A DNA stretch of 64,000 nucleotides from a virus: positions 32,001 to 96,000 of the IMG/VR virus record IMGVR_UViG_3300009130_001466, one strand, 5' to 3'. The notes under the pieces are model-generated. The model did no database searches. It had not been told where the DNA came from and worked only from the letters and a program-made list of their open reading frames with translations. How positions within the stretch are numbered: position 1 is the stretch's first letter; each line of letters starts with the position of its first letter. Shown here one piece after another: positions 21,182 through 31,668 of the stretch. The translations under genes and the position numbers were made by a program.

Positions 21182-22214
21182 AATAATAATTATCAAACAT
21201 TGCGTCGGATTTAAATTTAATTACTTCATCTAAATTTAATGTAATGTCGTTACAATCTTTATAAACAAATTTATGTTGCAGAGAATTACAAACAAAAAAC
21301 TTTCTTTGGTTGTATAATTGAGGCAAGTTTAATTCAAAAGGTTTGTAATCTTCGTGTTTTTCTATAAAATGAATTATTGATCTAGTTTCTTTATTGCTCC
21401 TGTTTTTTAGTGTTAGGGTTAGCCCTTTTATTAATCCAGCATTTGCATCTGTTTTCGCAAAAGAAGAAAAAGAATCTTTTAATTTTACAATTTCAGATTT
21501 TTTGTCTGTAGAAATGGAAACGTTATCGTCCAAATCATAAAAAAATGATCTAGTCCATTTTGAGGCGGTTCCAGTTGGACTATTTGAAGTATTTGATGTA
21601 TGATCGCCGCTACAATAATAAAATCTTTCAATCCTATTGGCCGCTGTATCGAAATTGCTATGCCCTCCAGTATTGTATTGTGGAAAATAAATAACATCAA
21701 ATTTTTCATAATCACTTGAAGACGACCATCCAGTTTGAAAATTTCCAGTATTTAAATACGAAGATGTTGCCCAGTTCAAAAAAGAAGAATATCCATTTTT
21801 TGAAACAACCAAATCTATATCAAAAAGTCCGTCATGAAACCTAAAGTCGTAATTTTCTACATAAAGTTCATTTATTCTTTGATACACATCTCCAGTCGGG
21901 AAAGCTAATTCAACATTATTTATATCAAGTTGATTAAAATCAAAAAACCCCAAACTATTTCTACTAACGCCCTCCAAAAAACTCAAAAAAGATTTAGCCT
22001 CCTCTTCTGTTTTGTTAGAGAATTTTAAATTAAATTTTATTTCTGTCCCGTTTAAACCTTTAGAGAATTTTTTATAATGGTTGTCTGCTGTATAAAAATG
22101 CACATTTTTATTTTCAAAAGACACGGTGGAGCCATATTCTGGGACAAACGAGTTAGCCTCGATAGTGCCCGTTACGTTATTGTCTCTATCGTAAGTTGCT
22201 AATACTTCGCTCAT
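21171..22214 (-). CDS. Minor tail (distal-tail-like) protein
   Basis: Directly after tape measure; two internally similar halves (L.F.N.TEEEA / L.LKNRSNKET). Confidence 0.6.
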   Translation of the reverse strand: MSEVLATYDRDNNVTGTIEANSFVPEYGSTVSFENKNVHFYTADNHYKKFSKGLNGTEIKFNLKFSNKTEEEAKSFLSFLEGVSRNSLGFFDFNQLDINNVELAFPTGDVYQRINELYVENYDFRFHDGLFDIDLVVSKNGYSSFLNWATSSYLNTGNFQTGWSSSSDYEKFDVIYFPQYNTGGHSNFDTAANRIERFYYCSGDHTSNTSNSPTGTASKWTRSFFYDLDDNVSISTDKKSEIVKLKDSFSSFAKTDANAGLIKGLTLTLKNRSNKETRSIIHFIEKHEDYKPFELNLPQLYNQRKFFVCNSLQHKFVYKDCNDITLNLDEVIKFKSDAMFDNYYYDN

Positions 22215-22216
22215 TT

Positions 22217-25200
22217 TTATGACTTATATAAATAGTTTAGAGTTCCCCCACTTCTAGACTCTTCTTGTATCACTGTCGTGACTGCCGATCTGATTCTAGA
22301 AGCAAACTCTCTTTGGTTCTCTGAAGAGCCCTGGCCGCCTTCTTGACTAACTTTGCCATCTTGTATATTGAAAGTAAAATCTGAGTTATTTGTTATTTCG
22401 CCTCCGCCAAGTGCATTACTTCCAGCCTCTGAAGCAACAGGAGAAACTGCTCCTCCATTTTGAAATCCTTGCATTGGGAGCATACCTTTATTTAGGCTAG
22501 ACAGAAAGTCGGTTCCATATTTATCTACCGCAGATTTCTTAACTACAAATTCTCCAGGGGTTAGCATAGCTGGTACTGTATCTGTTCCTCTACCAACTGA
22601 TCCGCCAGCATTAAAGAAACTGAATAAACTACCCAAGCCACCACTCAAACCACCGAGAAGGCTGCTAAATATTCCACCAATTCCGCTCCCTATTCCACCT
22701 AGTCCGCCGAGAAGGCTACTAAATATTCCGCCGCCACCTGCGCCACCACCAAATAAACCTACGAGACTGTCTTTTAGTCCACCAAATATTCCACCAAGTT
22801 TATCTTTTAAACCTCCGAATAAATCGCCAAATCCGCTTTTTATTTTACTGAAAAAGCCCTCCTGCCCTTCTCCTTCTTTTCCAGTTATACCCTCTAAAGC
22901 TTTTTCTGCTCCGCTAGTGGCTCCTCCACTTATGGCATTAGCTACATCTTGAACAAATAGTGGATTTGTTGGGCTGCTTCCTAGAGCGCCGCCACCTTTT
23001 TTACCTCCACCAAATAAGTCACCAAAAAACCCGCCAACTTTTGAGAAGAGTCCTCCGCCGCTAGCAGCTGCACCGCTAGCAGCTGCACCGCTAGCAGCTG
23101 CGCCGCCAGAAGCTGCGCCGCCAGCAGCGCCAGAAGCTCCCCCTCCGCCGAAAAGACCACCAATAGATGAAAATATATTTTTTTGACCACCGCCCCCAGC
23201 GCCGCCAAAAACTCCAGTTGGGCCTCCACTAAATAAAGTGTTTGTAAATTGATCTGCGGCTTGTTGTAGAAACGCATCCCTAATGAACCCTAAGAAATTT
23301 CTTCCAGCATCGGATAAAGCCTCATCTAAATCTTTGGCCCCGCTTACAGCATCTTTCATAGCGGAACCCAAATTATCACTAAATTGAAGTGGTATATTTT
23401 CACCAAGCTCATCTTTAAAAAAATCTATATCGTCTTTAACTTGTCCCAATCCTTTGCTAAATCCATCGGCAAATCCTTGCGGTTTATTAAGGTTATTTAT
23501 TTCTTGTTGTAATTTTATTTCTTCTAGCTTGTCGTCCAATACTCTTTGCTGAATTTCTGCCTTAGCTACAGCAAGGTCAAAATCGGTTTTGGCTTTTTTA
23601 GATAGCTCTATACCAGCCTCGGCAAGCCCCTCTTCAATTGAAAGTAAGCTAGCCCCTGCCTTAACCTGGCCCTCTATAAACTCTTTCTGCTTTTCAGAAA
23701 AAACACTGGCATCTGTGATTGATTTTACGTATTCTTCTGTGATTTTGAATTCTTCTTTAGCTCTTTCTATGAGAAATTCCCCCATAGCTATCTCATTTTC
23801 TAGACCCACTTTCCTTACTGTTGTTACAGCTTTAGCTAAATCAAGTTCTTTGCCTCTTATCGCGGATAAAGCTCCTTCTTGAAATATAGTCGCTCCTATT
23901 TCTCCAGGCTTCGTAGGCTCTAACTGCTTTGTTGTGTCAAATCCACCAGCCGCAAATCTTCCTTCGCCTATGCTTTCTTTAAAGCTTTTTTTTGCTGCAG
24001 ATCCAATTACCCCTTTCTCTCCAAAACCAGATGCAGCTATTAATGCTGCATCGGCGGCTTTTTTGGCGGCGGCATCAATCTGCTCAATAGCTTTGATCAT
24101 GTTTTCCGCAAACAAAACTGCATTAAACTCCTTCTCGACTGTAGTTCTTGTTGTCCCACGCCGTGGATTGAAAAATTCCTTCTCAACATCTGTGCTGCTC
24201 GCATCAATGATCTTTTGCAACTCGGTTGTGCTCCCAACTTTTGCCAAAGACGCACTCAATGTTTCTTTATCTTTTACTCCTCCAAAAAATCCTTTATTAA
24301 TTCCTTTTAATCCTTTTACTTGTTTTTCAAGTATATCACCTATATCTGCATCCGCTTCAACATTTAATTTTTTTGCAAGTTCAGCCTTTTCACTTGCTCT
24401 TTTTATCTCCGCAACGAAAGAAGACTTCAAAGCGGCGGAAGCTTCTATTGATCCAGCTGATAACTCTCCCAGATCAATATTTTTAAGTGATTCGTTTAGT
24501 TTTTCGAACCCTGTTTTTGTTTTTGTTAATTCTAGAACAAGCGGAGCCACCACTGCTCCCACAGCTACAGCAGTACCAATTCCAGGCAAAGCTCTACCAA
24601 CTCCAGCTATGCCTCTACCCAGGCCACCCCTAGCTCCCCTCAGTTTGCCCTCTGAACCCCTCATTATTCCACCTGTTCTCGGACTCCGAAAGGTAGCTAA
24701 CTCTGTTCCAAAACTAGACAACTTAGCCCCAACATTTTCAAGCGGCCCTTTCAATAAGCTTAATCCACTTAATAATGATGCGGCTAAACTCACCTCACTG
24801 ATAAACTTCCCAAGACCACTTTCGGCTCCACTAAAAGCAGAGCTTAAGAAAAATAAAGCAGTAGACGCTCCTAGTGCAGCATTCGAAAATTTATCTACAG
24901 ACTCTGTAGCTCCTGCCGTTCCTCTTTTTGCAAAATTAGGTATCCTGCCAGTTGGCTCATCTCTTGTATTAGTGACGGCAAGACCTTGTGGATTTTGAGA
25001 ATTGCGAAGCTTCCCGCTTTGATTTATTCTTATTTGATTGATTGGAAGGCCAGCAGCTTGCTCTCTTGCAACTGCTTCATCCAAAGCTCCACGAGCAAAA
25101 TTTGGGATATAACCTCCAGCACTTCTTCTGTTAAATTCTGCTGTAACGGCTTTTCTACTAGGTCCAGCAACTCTGCTTTTTTGTAGTTCCCCTAAACCAG

Positions 25201-27637
25201 TCTTGGAAACACCCTTGCCTCCAGCGCCAAATTTTTCCATCTTATTGGCCATACTGTTGTATATACGAGTATTACCAGAGATTTTAGCCTCTATAAATCT
25301 AGCCTGGTCAGAGATTCCAGGATATAATTTTGCTATATCGTTTCTGGCCGCACTACCAACAAAATCAAATGTAGCTGTTTGAGATAAATCATATTGCGGG
25401 CTTTTTAATATGGAGCTAATAGCGGCTTCATAAATTACACCAGCCAAAGACGATACAGATCCTCGGTTTCCCAGTTCGTTTATTTTCGTTGCGGCTGGTC
25501 TTCCTCCACTTATTTTTTTAGCTTCTAGATTAGCTAATCCTACACCAAATTTTCCGACAGATTTTACATAATCCTTCGTTTCTCTGCCTTTTATTTGCGC
25601 ATCATTATAGCCCAAAATTGGAAATTGATAACTTTTGCCAGTTTTTGATTTTCCTACAGCGAATTTGCCCAAATTTTTATCTGGAGTAATTAAAGCGAAT
25701 CTACGGTCTTGTATTGGAGCTGCTTGCCTCTTTGCAAAATTAGGAATAAATCCACTAGCCGCATTTATCTTTTTCGCCCCACTTGGAAGGCCCATCGACC
25801 TAACCATGTCTTGGTTAAATATAGCATCTCCGCCTCCAGCATAATTAGGAACAAAATATTCACTAGTGTTTGCGACCATTGTGCCACGTTTGCCGCCACC
25901 AAAAGCAAAATTAGGAATTGAAACAACTTTGGAGCTAGACGGGGCGCCACCAACACCACGAGAAACGTCACGAGCTTCGGCAGCAACATAACCATCAGAT
26001 GCTCTTCCTTTAGGGGTAACCCCTTTTGTCCCGCCACGCAGTCCAGCACCAAAAAGTCCAGGCGTTACAGTTGCAGCGGCTTTTTGAACCCTAGCGAGCG
26101 CGGCGGCTTGTTGGTTATAAATTTTTAGAAGTAATTGTTCTTGAGCTACCTTATTTCCTTCTAGGGCTAAAATCTCTCTTTGGATACTTTCATTTTGCAG
26201 CAGTGTCTGAAGGACGGACTGTTGAAGCGATTTTTGAGCCTCCGCAGCCTTGTTAATACCAAGCAGGCTTTTTAAGGAACTAGCTCCAAACTTTGCCAAG
26301 TCTACAAATAATTTTACAAATATAGCACTAATTAAAGCTAACCCTGGGCCAGTTAAAACGCCACCTATCCCCTTAACTATGCTTTGTGCGAATTTTGAAC
26401 CTATTGAATCTCCCTGCAATAAATCAGTAATCCCACTAACTACAGAAGAAAACACCTTTAAAATATCTTTCGCTGCATCAGTAAAACCCAATTCTCCAAC
26501 AACAGAAGAGAGTTTTTGCGCCCCAACTGTCAAATTATTTATCAATGCTTCTAGCGTATCATTTAATTGGGCGTTTTTTCTATCTAAGGCGCCAGCAGCT
26601 CCAGCGGAAACTTGAAGAGATTTTGCAAACTGACTTTGGCTAGAATTTAAATCTTCGACCAAACTAATTAAAATATCACGCTGGCGAACGCCAGCAACTT
26701 TTTGGATAATCTCTCCAGCCTCAACACTTTTTAAACCAAGCTTGTTGAGCTCTACTGCGAGTTCCTGAAAAAGAGGTATAGCGCTTCTTACATTACCTTC
26801 CACGTCTACAACATTTATTCCCAAGTCTTCAAGCGCGGCTAATGTATCAGTTCTGCCCAATCTAGCAAAAATGGTTTTAAAAGCATTACCAATAACAGCG
26901 CCGCCACGCTGAGTTCTTTCTTGCACGGTTGTAATGACACCTAAAAGCTCATCAAAAGATACGCCAGCTACACGAGCCGATGCGGAAGCTCGTTCAAGAC
27001 CGTTAATCAAATCCTCCGTAGACACAGCGAACTTTGTATCAACTTCGGCTAATTTATCCGCTATTTGAGCTACATTTAAACCAGCGCCTTCAAAACCCTT
27101 TATCGCTGCAGTCAAACCAGCTACAGCTTGTTGAGAATCAATACCAGCGACGCGAACTAATTTCAAAGAAGTTTCAACACGAGAAAGCGACTCTTCTACG
27201 CTTAAACCCTGACGAGCTAACTCTAAAGCGCCATCGGCCACCTGATCAAAAGATGTCGCTGTTTTTTGAGCTACAGCGAAAATACCATTACCAAATTGTT
27301 CTAATTCTTTTTGGGTCCCCCCTAAAATAGTATTAATTTTTGCAAAAGTAGCTTCTACTCTAATAGTGTTTTCTACTAGCGCCCCAAATGCTTGAGAAAG
27401 TTTATTAATAACAGCAACCGAAGCACCAAAAGCTAAAACACGAGCATTAGAAGCTTCTAATGATTTTTGGAATTCAGTGGCTTGCCCTGTTATTTTTCCA
27501 AGCGGGCGAGATAGCTTTTCAATGGATCGTGCCCCGCTTCCAAAATCAACTCCCTTAGCTTGAGTCTGTATTCTAGCTAAAGCCGCCTCAACCTTTCTTG
27601 TATTTGGTTCTAAATTTACTCCTACATTTACCGCCAT
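22217..27637 (-). CDS. Tail tape measure protein
   Basis: 1806 aa, TP901-type core (ELARQG, IGNAFKTIFARL), TDTVPAMLTPGEFVV near C-terminus. Confidence 0.92.
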   Translation of the reverse strand: MAVNVGVNLEPNTRKVEAALARIQTQAKGVDFGSGARSIEKLSRPLGKITGQATEFQKSLEASNARVLAFGASVAVINKLSQAFGALVENTIRVEATFAKINTILGGTQKELEQFGNGIFAVAQKTATSFDQVADGALELARQGLSVEESLSRVETSLKLVRVAGIDSQQAVAGLTAAIKGFEGAGLNVAQIADKLAEVDTKFAVSTEDLINGLERASASARVAGVSFDELLGVITTVQERTQRGGAVIGNAFKTIFARLGRTDTLAALEDLGINVVDVEGNVRSAIPLFQELAVELNKLGLKSVEAGEIIQKVAGVRQRDILISLVEDLNSSQSQFAKSLQVSAGAAGALDRKNAQLNDTLEALINNLTVGAQKLSSVVGELGFTDAAKDILKVFSSVVSGITDLLQGDSIGSKFAQSIVKGIGGVLTGPGLALISAIFVKLFVDLAKFGASSLKSLLGINKAAEAQKSLQQSVLQTLLQNESIQREILALEGNKVAQEQLLLKIYNQQAAALARVQKAAATVTPGLFGAGLRGGTKGVTPKGRASDGYVAAEARDVSRGVGGAPSSSKVVSIPNFAFGGGKRGTMVANTSEYFVPNYAGGGDAIFNQDMVRSMGLPSGAKKINAASGFIPNFAKRQAAPIQDRRFALITPDKNLGKFAVGKSKTGKSYQFPILGYNDAQIKGRETKDYVKSVGKFGVGLANLEAKKISGGRPAATKINELGNRGSVSSLAGVIYEAAISSILKSPQYDLSQTATFDFVGSAARNDIAKLYPGISDQARFIEAKISGNTRIYNSMANKMEKFGAGGKGVSKTGLGELQKSRVAGPSRKAVTAEFNRRSAGGYIPNFARGALDEAVAREQAAGLPINQIRINQSGKLRNSQNPQGLAVTNTRDEPTGRIPNFAKRGTAGATESVDKFSNAALGASTALFFLSSAFSGAESGLGKFISEVSLAASLLSGLSLLKGPLENVGAKLSSFGTELATFRSPRTGGIMRGSEGKLRGARGGLGRGIAGVGRALPGIGTAVAVGAVVAPLVLELTKTKTGFEKLNESLKNIDLGELSAGSIEASAALKSSFVAEIKRASEKAELAKKLNVEADADIGDILEKQVKGLKGINKGFFGGVKDKETLSASLAKVGSTTELQKIIDASSTDVEKEFFNPRRGTTRTTVEKEFNAVLFAENMIKAIEQIDAAAKKAADAALIAASGFGEKGVIGSAAKKSFKESIGEGRFAAGGFDTTKQLEPTKPGEIGATIFQEGALSAIRGKELDLAKAVTTVRKVGLENEIAMGEFLIERAKEEFKITEEYVKSITDASVFSEKQKEFIEGQVKAGASLLSIEEGLAEAGIELSKKAKTDFDLAVAKAEIQQRVLDDKLEEIKLQQEINNLNKPQGFADGFSKGLGQVKDDIDFFKDELGENIPLQFSDNLGSAMKDAVSGAKDLDEALSDAGRNFLGFIRDAFLQQAADQFTNTLFSGGPTGVFGGAGGGGQKNIFSSIGGLFGGGGASGAAGGAASGGAAASGAAASGAAASGGGLFSKVGGFFGDLFGGGKKGGGALGSSPTNPLFVQDVANAISGGATSGAEKALEGITGKEGEGQEGFFSKIKSGFGDLFGGLKDKLGGIFGGLKDSLVGLFGGGAGGGGIFSSLLGGLGGIGSGIGGIFSSLLGGLSGGLGSLFSFFNAGGSVGRGTDTVPAMLTPGEFVVKKSAVDKYGTDFLSSLNKGMLPMQGFQNGGAVSPVASEAGSNALGGGEITNNSDFTFNIQDGKVSQEGGQGSSENQREFASRIRSAVTTVIQEESRSGGTLNYLYKS

Positions 27638-27651
27638 ACAGAATATTACAC

Positions 27652-28626
27652 TTAAACTCCGTGCAACTTCATCATTTCTTGCATATTCAAAGATCCCCCT
27701 CTTTTCTTAACTTCTTCGCTTAAATTCACAGCCCGCTCATTGTCTGATTTTAAGCTTTCGAGATCCTCCTCATTGGCTCCAAAATAAGCTGAACCACCCT
27801 CCCCGTGCTGGGATTTTGTTTGAGTTCTTTCTGTTTTTTGGTTTTGGTGGAAATTTACCAATAATTCAGGGTCTTTAGCTACGTTTTCAGGTATTTCCTT
27901 GCTTGAGTTTTTAAAAATGTTTAAAAAATACCTCCCATAAGAAATCATCTTTAATTGGTATGCCGTTAAATTGACCAAGGGTTTTCCAAATAACCCCAAA
28001 ACATCTTCAGAAAATGGCAAATACATAGAAAAATAATCGCTCAATACTGCAACCGATATATTTTTATCATCAAATTTTTGAAAAAAATCTTTTTGCAGAC
28101 TGTATATTTCCATTTCTTTGTCTTTTTCATTTATATACAAGCTGTCAAATATTGGATCTTTAAAAGCCTTATCAAAAAATACAATTTTTTCTATGGTAGT
28201 TTTTTGAATTTGATTATTTACAAATTTTTCGCAAGTTAAACCCATTAAAGATTCCTTGTCTGAATTTATTTTGAACAACTTTTTATTCAACCTCTCAATT
28301 GTTTTTTGTAGATTTTTTATCTTTGAAGGCAATATTTGAGCTTTCATTGAATTTGAGTTCAATTCAATTTCATTTTTGTATCGCTTTATTTCTTCTTCTT
28401 CTTCGTGCCCCCACATCCCCTGAGAGTACAGTTCATCCATTGCCTCTTTTTCGGTCATAAGGCCTTTAGATTTTGCTTCCTTTAGAAAAATGGAAGATTT
28501 AGAAAGTATTTCTCTCTGCTCTTCCTGAAGCAGGTGTTTGAAGTACAGAATCCCTAAATCGCTATCTACAATAGAGACACCCTGCAGTACTTCAGATACT
28601 ATTTGTAAATTTTGATCATTGTTCAT
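27652..28626 (-). CDS. Probable tail assembly chaperone
   Basis: Position upstream of tape measure; helical/charged. Confidence 0.5.
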   Translation of the reverse strand: MNNDQNLQIVSEVLQGVSIVDSDLGILYFKHLLQEEQREILSKSSIFLKEAKSKGLMTEKEAMDELYSQGMWGHEEEEEIKRYKNEIELNSNSMKAQILPSKIKNLQKTIERLNKKLFKINSDKESLMGLTCEKFVNNQIQKTTIEKIVFFDKAFKDPIFDSLYINEKDKEMEIYSLQKDFFQKFDDKNISVAVLSDYFSMYLPFSEDVLGLFGKPLVNLTAYQLKMISYGRYFLNIFKNSSKEIPENVAKDPELLVNFHQNQKTERTQTKSQHGEGGSAYFGANEEDLESLKSDNERAVNLSEEVKKRGGSLNMQEMMKLHGV

Positions 28627-29353
28627 CTCCGTCGACGAACTTATCTATATTTTCTTTACTAGAATCTTGGGCATAAAACCAATAGCCAATTATTTTAGAT
28701 AATTTTGCGACAACCTCAAAATCAAACCCTTCTTCAAGTTCGTATTTTGTATAAAAATCTTCTAACTTTTCTTCGTAATCAAAACCATTAAACCAGTCTT
28801 TTAATTCCCCATCTTCGCCTTCAACCTTTGACAAATTAATCACATACCACAACAAAGTCTCTCTTTCAGCTTTTGCGTCGGCAGTATGTTGATAGACGGA
28901 TTGTATAGAACTTTCTAGATTTATCATATCTCTTCTAAGGGTAGAGATTTCAAGCTCTAATTCTTTTTGTCTTTCTTCTTTCTTTTTGTCTTTTGTGGCA
29001 ACTACTAGCTTATATTCGTTTTCTAAGTCGTTTAATTTTTTCAAAGACTTTAAAAGATCTTTTGACTCTTCTTCAGATAAAGCTCCGCCATTGTCTGCAT
29101 ACTTTTTAATAAGCATTGCCTTTGTAACAATACCCATTTTAATTGCTTTACTTAATTCAACGGAATAAAATACTTCGGCTTCATCAGCTAATCGGCGTGT
29201 CGGCTTTTTAACAACAAATTTGACTGGCGTCTTGACAGTTTTATTTTGAATAACTGTTTCTACCTCTCCAGTCTTCTTATTTTTTCTTTCTACCTCGATC
29301 TTTTTCTTCTCAGATTTATTAATCGTGAACTCGTAAATATTTTTCATAGCCAT
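28616..29353 (-). CDS. Probable tail assembly chaperone
   Basis: Position; coiled-coil. Confidence 0.5.
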   Translation of the reverse strand: MAMKNIYEFTINKSEKKKIEVERKNKKTGEVETVIQNKTVKTPVKFVVKKPTRRLADEAEVFYSVELSKAIKMGIVTKAMLIKKYADNGGALSEEESKDLLKSLKKLNDLENEYKLVVATKDKKKEERQKELELEISTLRRDMINLESSIQSVYQHTADAKAERETLLWYVINLSKVEGEDGELKDWFNGFDYEEKLEDFYTKYELEEGFDFEVVAKLSKIIGYWFYAQDSSKENIDKFVDGDEQ

Positions 29354-29643
29354 TATTTTTTAAAAGTAAATTCTACTGTTAAGTTTTCCAACTCACTATT
29401 ATAATCTCTTAAAACACAATTTCCAATATCTAGAATTTTTTTTCTATATATTTCGTAATGATCTTCATCAAAATAATCAGCCATCTCAATTAAGTCGTGA
29501 TGTTCTTCTGGTAAGTTGTCGTAAAGTTTGCCGAAATTTATTTCATGCACCCTCTGCATCTCTTCTAACGTTTGTAAAAAAGATTTAAATAAATAACGAA
29601 TGTGATGATCAGATCGATCATACAGAAATTCTTTTGCAATCAT
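29353..29643 (-). CDS. Hypothetical protein
   Basis: ORF from ATG 29643. Confidence 0.6.
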   Translation of the reverse strand: MIAKEFLYDRSDHHIRYLFKSFLQTLEEMQRVHEINFGKLYDNLPEEHHDLIEMADYFDEDHYEIYRKKILDIGNCVLRDYNSELENLTVEFTFKK

Positions 29644-29715
29644 AATAATCCTTATCCCCAATATACGTTACACTTTTTTAAGAGGCTGGTTCTATTTTCT
29701 AGTGTAATTATACAT

Positions 29716-30174
29716 ATGCCAAGCTCTTTAATTTCGGAATCTCAAAAAAACACAATCAAAACTATCATTGACGATATTCATGAAACCTTCGCTAGAAATA
29801 TTACTGTCTACGAAGAAGGAAGAAAAATATTAATTGCTGCTAGTTCTGAATACAATGGCATTTACGGCAAAACAAGTGGGGGAGAAACCTCTACCACTAA
29901 AACGGTTGTTAGCCATATAATAAAAGCAAGAATCAAATATATAAATTCAAGAGAGGAAAATTTAGCTGGCGCAGGCATAGGCTCCCAATTGGATATAAAT
30001 TTAATTGATGGCTCTGTAAGAATAACCGTAGATGAGGGCGGTTTTGAAATTTTAAAAGAAGCAAAGAGATGCGAATTTGAAGGTCGAAAATATACTATTG
30101 ACAGCAAAGGAAATCCAACTGGTATTTTTGGACCACAATATTATCATTTTTATCTATCGCCAATTGAAGAATAA
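29716..30174 (+). CDS. Probable head-tail joining protein
   Basis: ATG 8 nt after AGTGTAA; beta-rich, EFEGRKYTI. Confidence 0.55.
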   Translation: MPSSLISESQKNTIKTIIDDIHETFARNITVYEEGRKILIAASSEYNGIYGKTSGGETSTTKTVVSHIIKARIKYINSREENLAGAGIGSQLDINLIDGSVRITVDEGGFEILKEAKRCEFEGRKYTIDSKGNPTGIFGPQYYHFYLSPIEE

Positions 30175-30755
30175 TGGCTACTTTAAATTTGCAGTCAGAA
30201 ATAAATAAAAAACTGGCTCCTCAAGTTAGGCCAGAAATCAGAAAATTATTTCAAAGGTCTTTTCAGAAAAAAAAGAATGAAATGATAGCTGAATTTTTAA
30301 ATCACCCAGTGACTATAGAAATAAAAGGAGGTGTTAATTCTACAAACATCAGTGGAACATTAGGCGGAGGAAGCGGGAATTTGTTTTCTTTTATAGGTTT
30401 CGATTCCAACGACGATCCGATAGAGCCTATTTTAAGAATACTTGAACAAATATCATTTGACTACCTAAACACGTCAACAAAAAGGATAAATTACAGAATT
30501 AATCTACCATCGTCAAAAGAAATTTTCGCCGCGACCCCAATGCCGTGGGCTACTGGCCGTAGTTGGGCAAAAGGAATTGAGACTGGAATATCTGGACTTG
30601 GATTTTATTTAAGAAAAGAAACCTCTAACAGTAGATCTGGATTAGGTATTCAGTCCCCAAGAAAAGTTAGAAAAAAATCAAAATTTAAAAATATAAAATA
30701 TATATCTGATTTAATTAAAAGGTATGAAAAAGAATTTTCAAACCTGCAGATATAA
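30174..30755 (+). CDS. Probable neck/tail completion protein
   Basis: Basic protein in the neck cluster. Confidence 0.5.
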   Translation: MATLNLQSEINKKLAPQVRPEIRKLFQRSFQKKKNEMIAEFLNHPVTIEIKGGVNSTNISGTLGGGSGNLFSFIGFDSNDDPIEPILRILEQISFDYLNTSTKRINYRINLPSSKEIFAATPMPWATGRSWAKGIETGISGLGFYLRKETSNSRSGLGIQSPRKVRKKSKFKNIKYISDLIKRYEKEFSNLQI

Positions 30756-30770
30756 GTGTAAAATATCCTT

Positions 30771-31619
30771 ATGAAACCACAGTATCAACACGAACTCATG
30801 ACAAGTTTCATGCTTTGGTTCGATCACGAACTCCTTCAGAAAGGAGAGGCTTACTCTAACCAAACAGGCGCTTTTTATTATTCTAACGATACCAGACTGC
30901 CGAATGAGTACAAAGCTTATTCAAGCCCATATAAGCAATGGGTAAGCGATTCTTCAATAAACGGAGACACAAATCCAATAATACCATCATCTCTTATGGG
31001 TAGCGGCAGAAACGATGGAATTATATTTGATTTTGAAAACGGGAGAATCATTGAAACAGGCGGTAATTTTGGAATAAACAGCACTATTACTGGAAGCTTC
31101 GCCGTAAAAGATTTTAATGTTTATTTAACAAACGAAACTGAAGAAGATTTGATTCTAGAAAACAAATTTCAATTAAATAGCAGATACTCAAAAACAGAAA
31201 CTGGAGTTGAGCCATATGATCAAATGGCTCCAGCTATATTTTTAAATTGCGAATATATGAGGAATGAAGGTTTTGCCTTTGGCGGAGAAGAAAAAACAAC
31301 AAATATCGTTAAAGCGGTCGTTTTGGCCGAAAATTCTTATCAACTTGATGGAGCTTTATCTATATTTGCAGATTCCTCTAGGAAGATTATCTCCAAAATA
31401 CCATTTTCCAAACACCCCTCGACCGAGTATGGTGATATTAAAAACGGTTTGTATAATTATGCAAATTTGGCAAATACTTACCTAAACGCAAATCCTTACT
31501 ATATAGAAGATGTGACGGTTTCTAAATTTTCAGAAAAAAACCAAAGTATAATACCTGGAAATTTAAAAATTGGATTTATAGATTTTGAGGTTTCTACAAA
31601 TAGGTTTCCTCGTTCTTGA
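30771..31619 (+). CDS. Probable tail terminator/neck protein
   Basis: Directly before the major tail gene; AGTGTAA upstream. Confidence 0.5.
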   Translation: MKPQYQHELMTSFMLWFDHELLQKGEAYSNQTGAFYYSNDTRLPNEYKAYSSPYKQWVSDSSINGDTNPIIPSSLMGSGRNDGIIFDFENGRIIETGGNFGINSTITGSFAVKDFNVYLTNETEEDLILENKFQLNSRYSKTETGVEPYDQMAPAIFLNCEYMRNEGFAFGGEEKTTNIVKAVVLAENSYQLDGALSIFADSSRKIISKIPFSKHPSTEYGDIKNGLYNYANLANTYLNANPYYIEDVTVSKFSEKNQSIIPGNLKIGFIDFEVSTNRFPRS

Positions 31620-31668
31620 TTTCACATTTCACATTTTAAATTTTTAACTGTAAATATAGACACAAATT

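Noticed and set aside
23058-23140. 15-bp tandem repeat
   Set aside because: Encodes an ordinary ASGAA low-complexity linker in the tape measure.
23589-26615. Long plus-strand ORFs (e.g. 23934-24998, 354 aa)
   Set aside because: Antisense shadows of the tape measure gene; the same applies to ORFs opposite the fibre, capsid, scaffold and terminase genes.
28616-28640. Programmed frameshift between tail chaperones
   Set aside because: No clear slippery heptamer at the overlap; the downstream gene has its own ATG with GGAG upstream.
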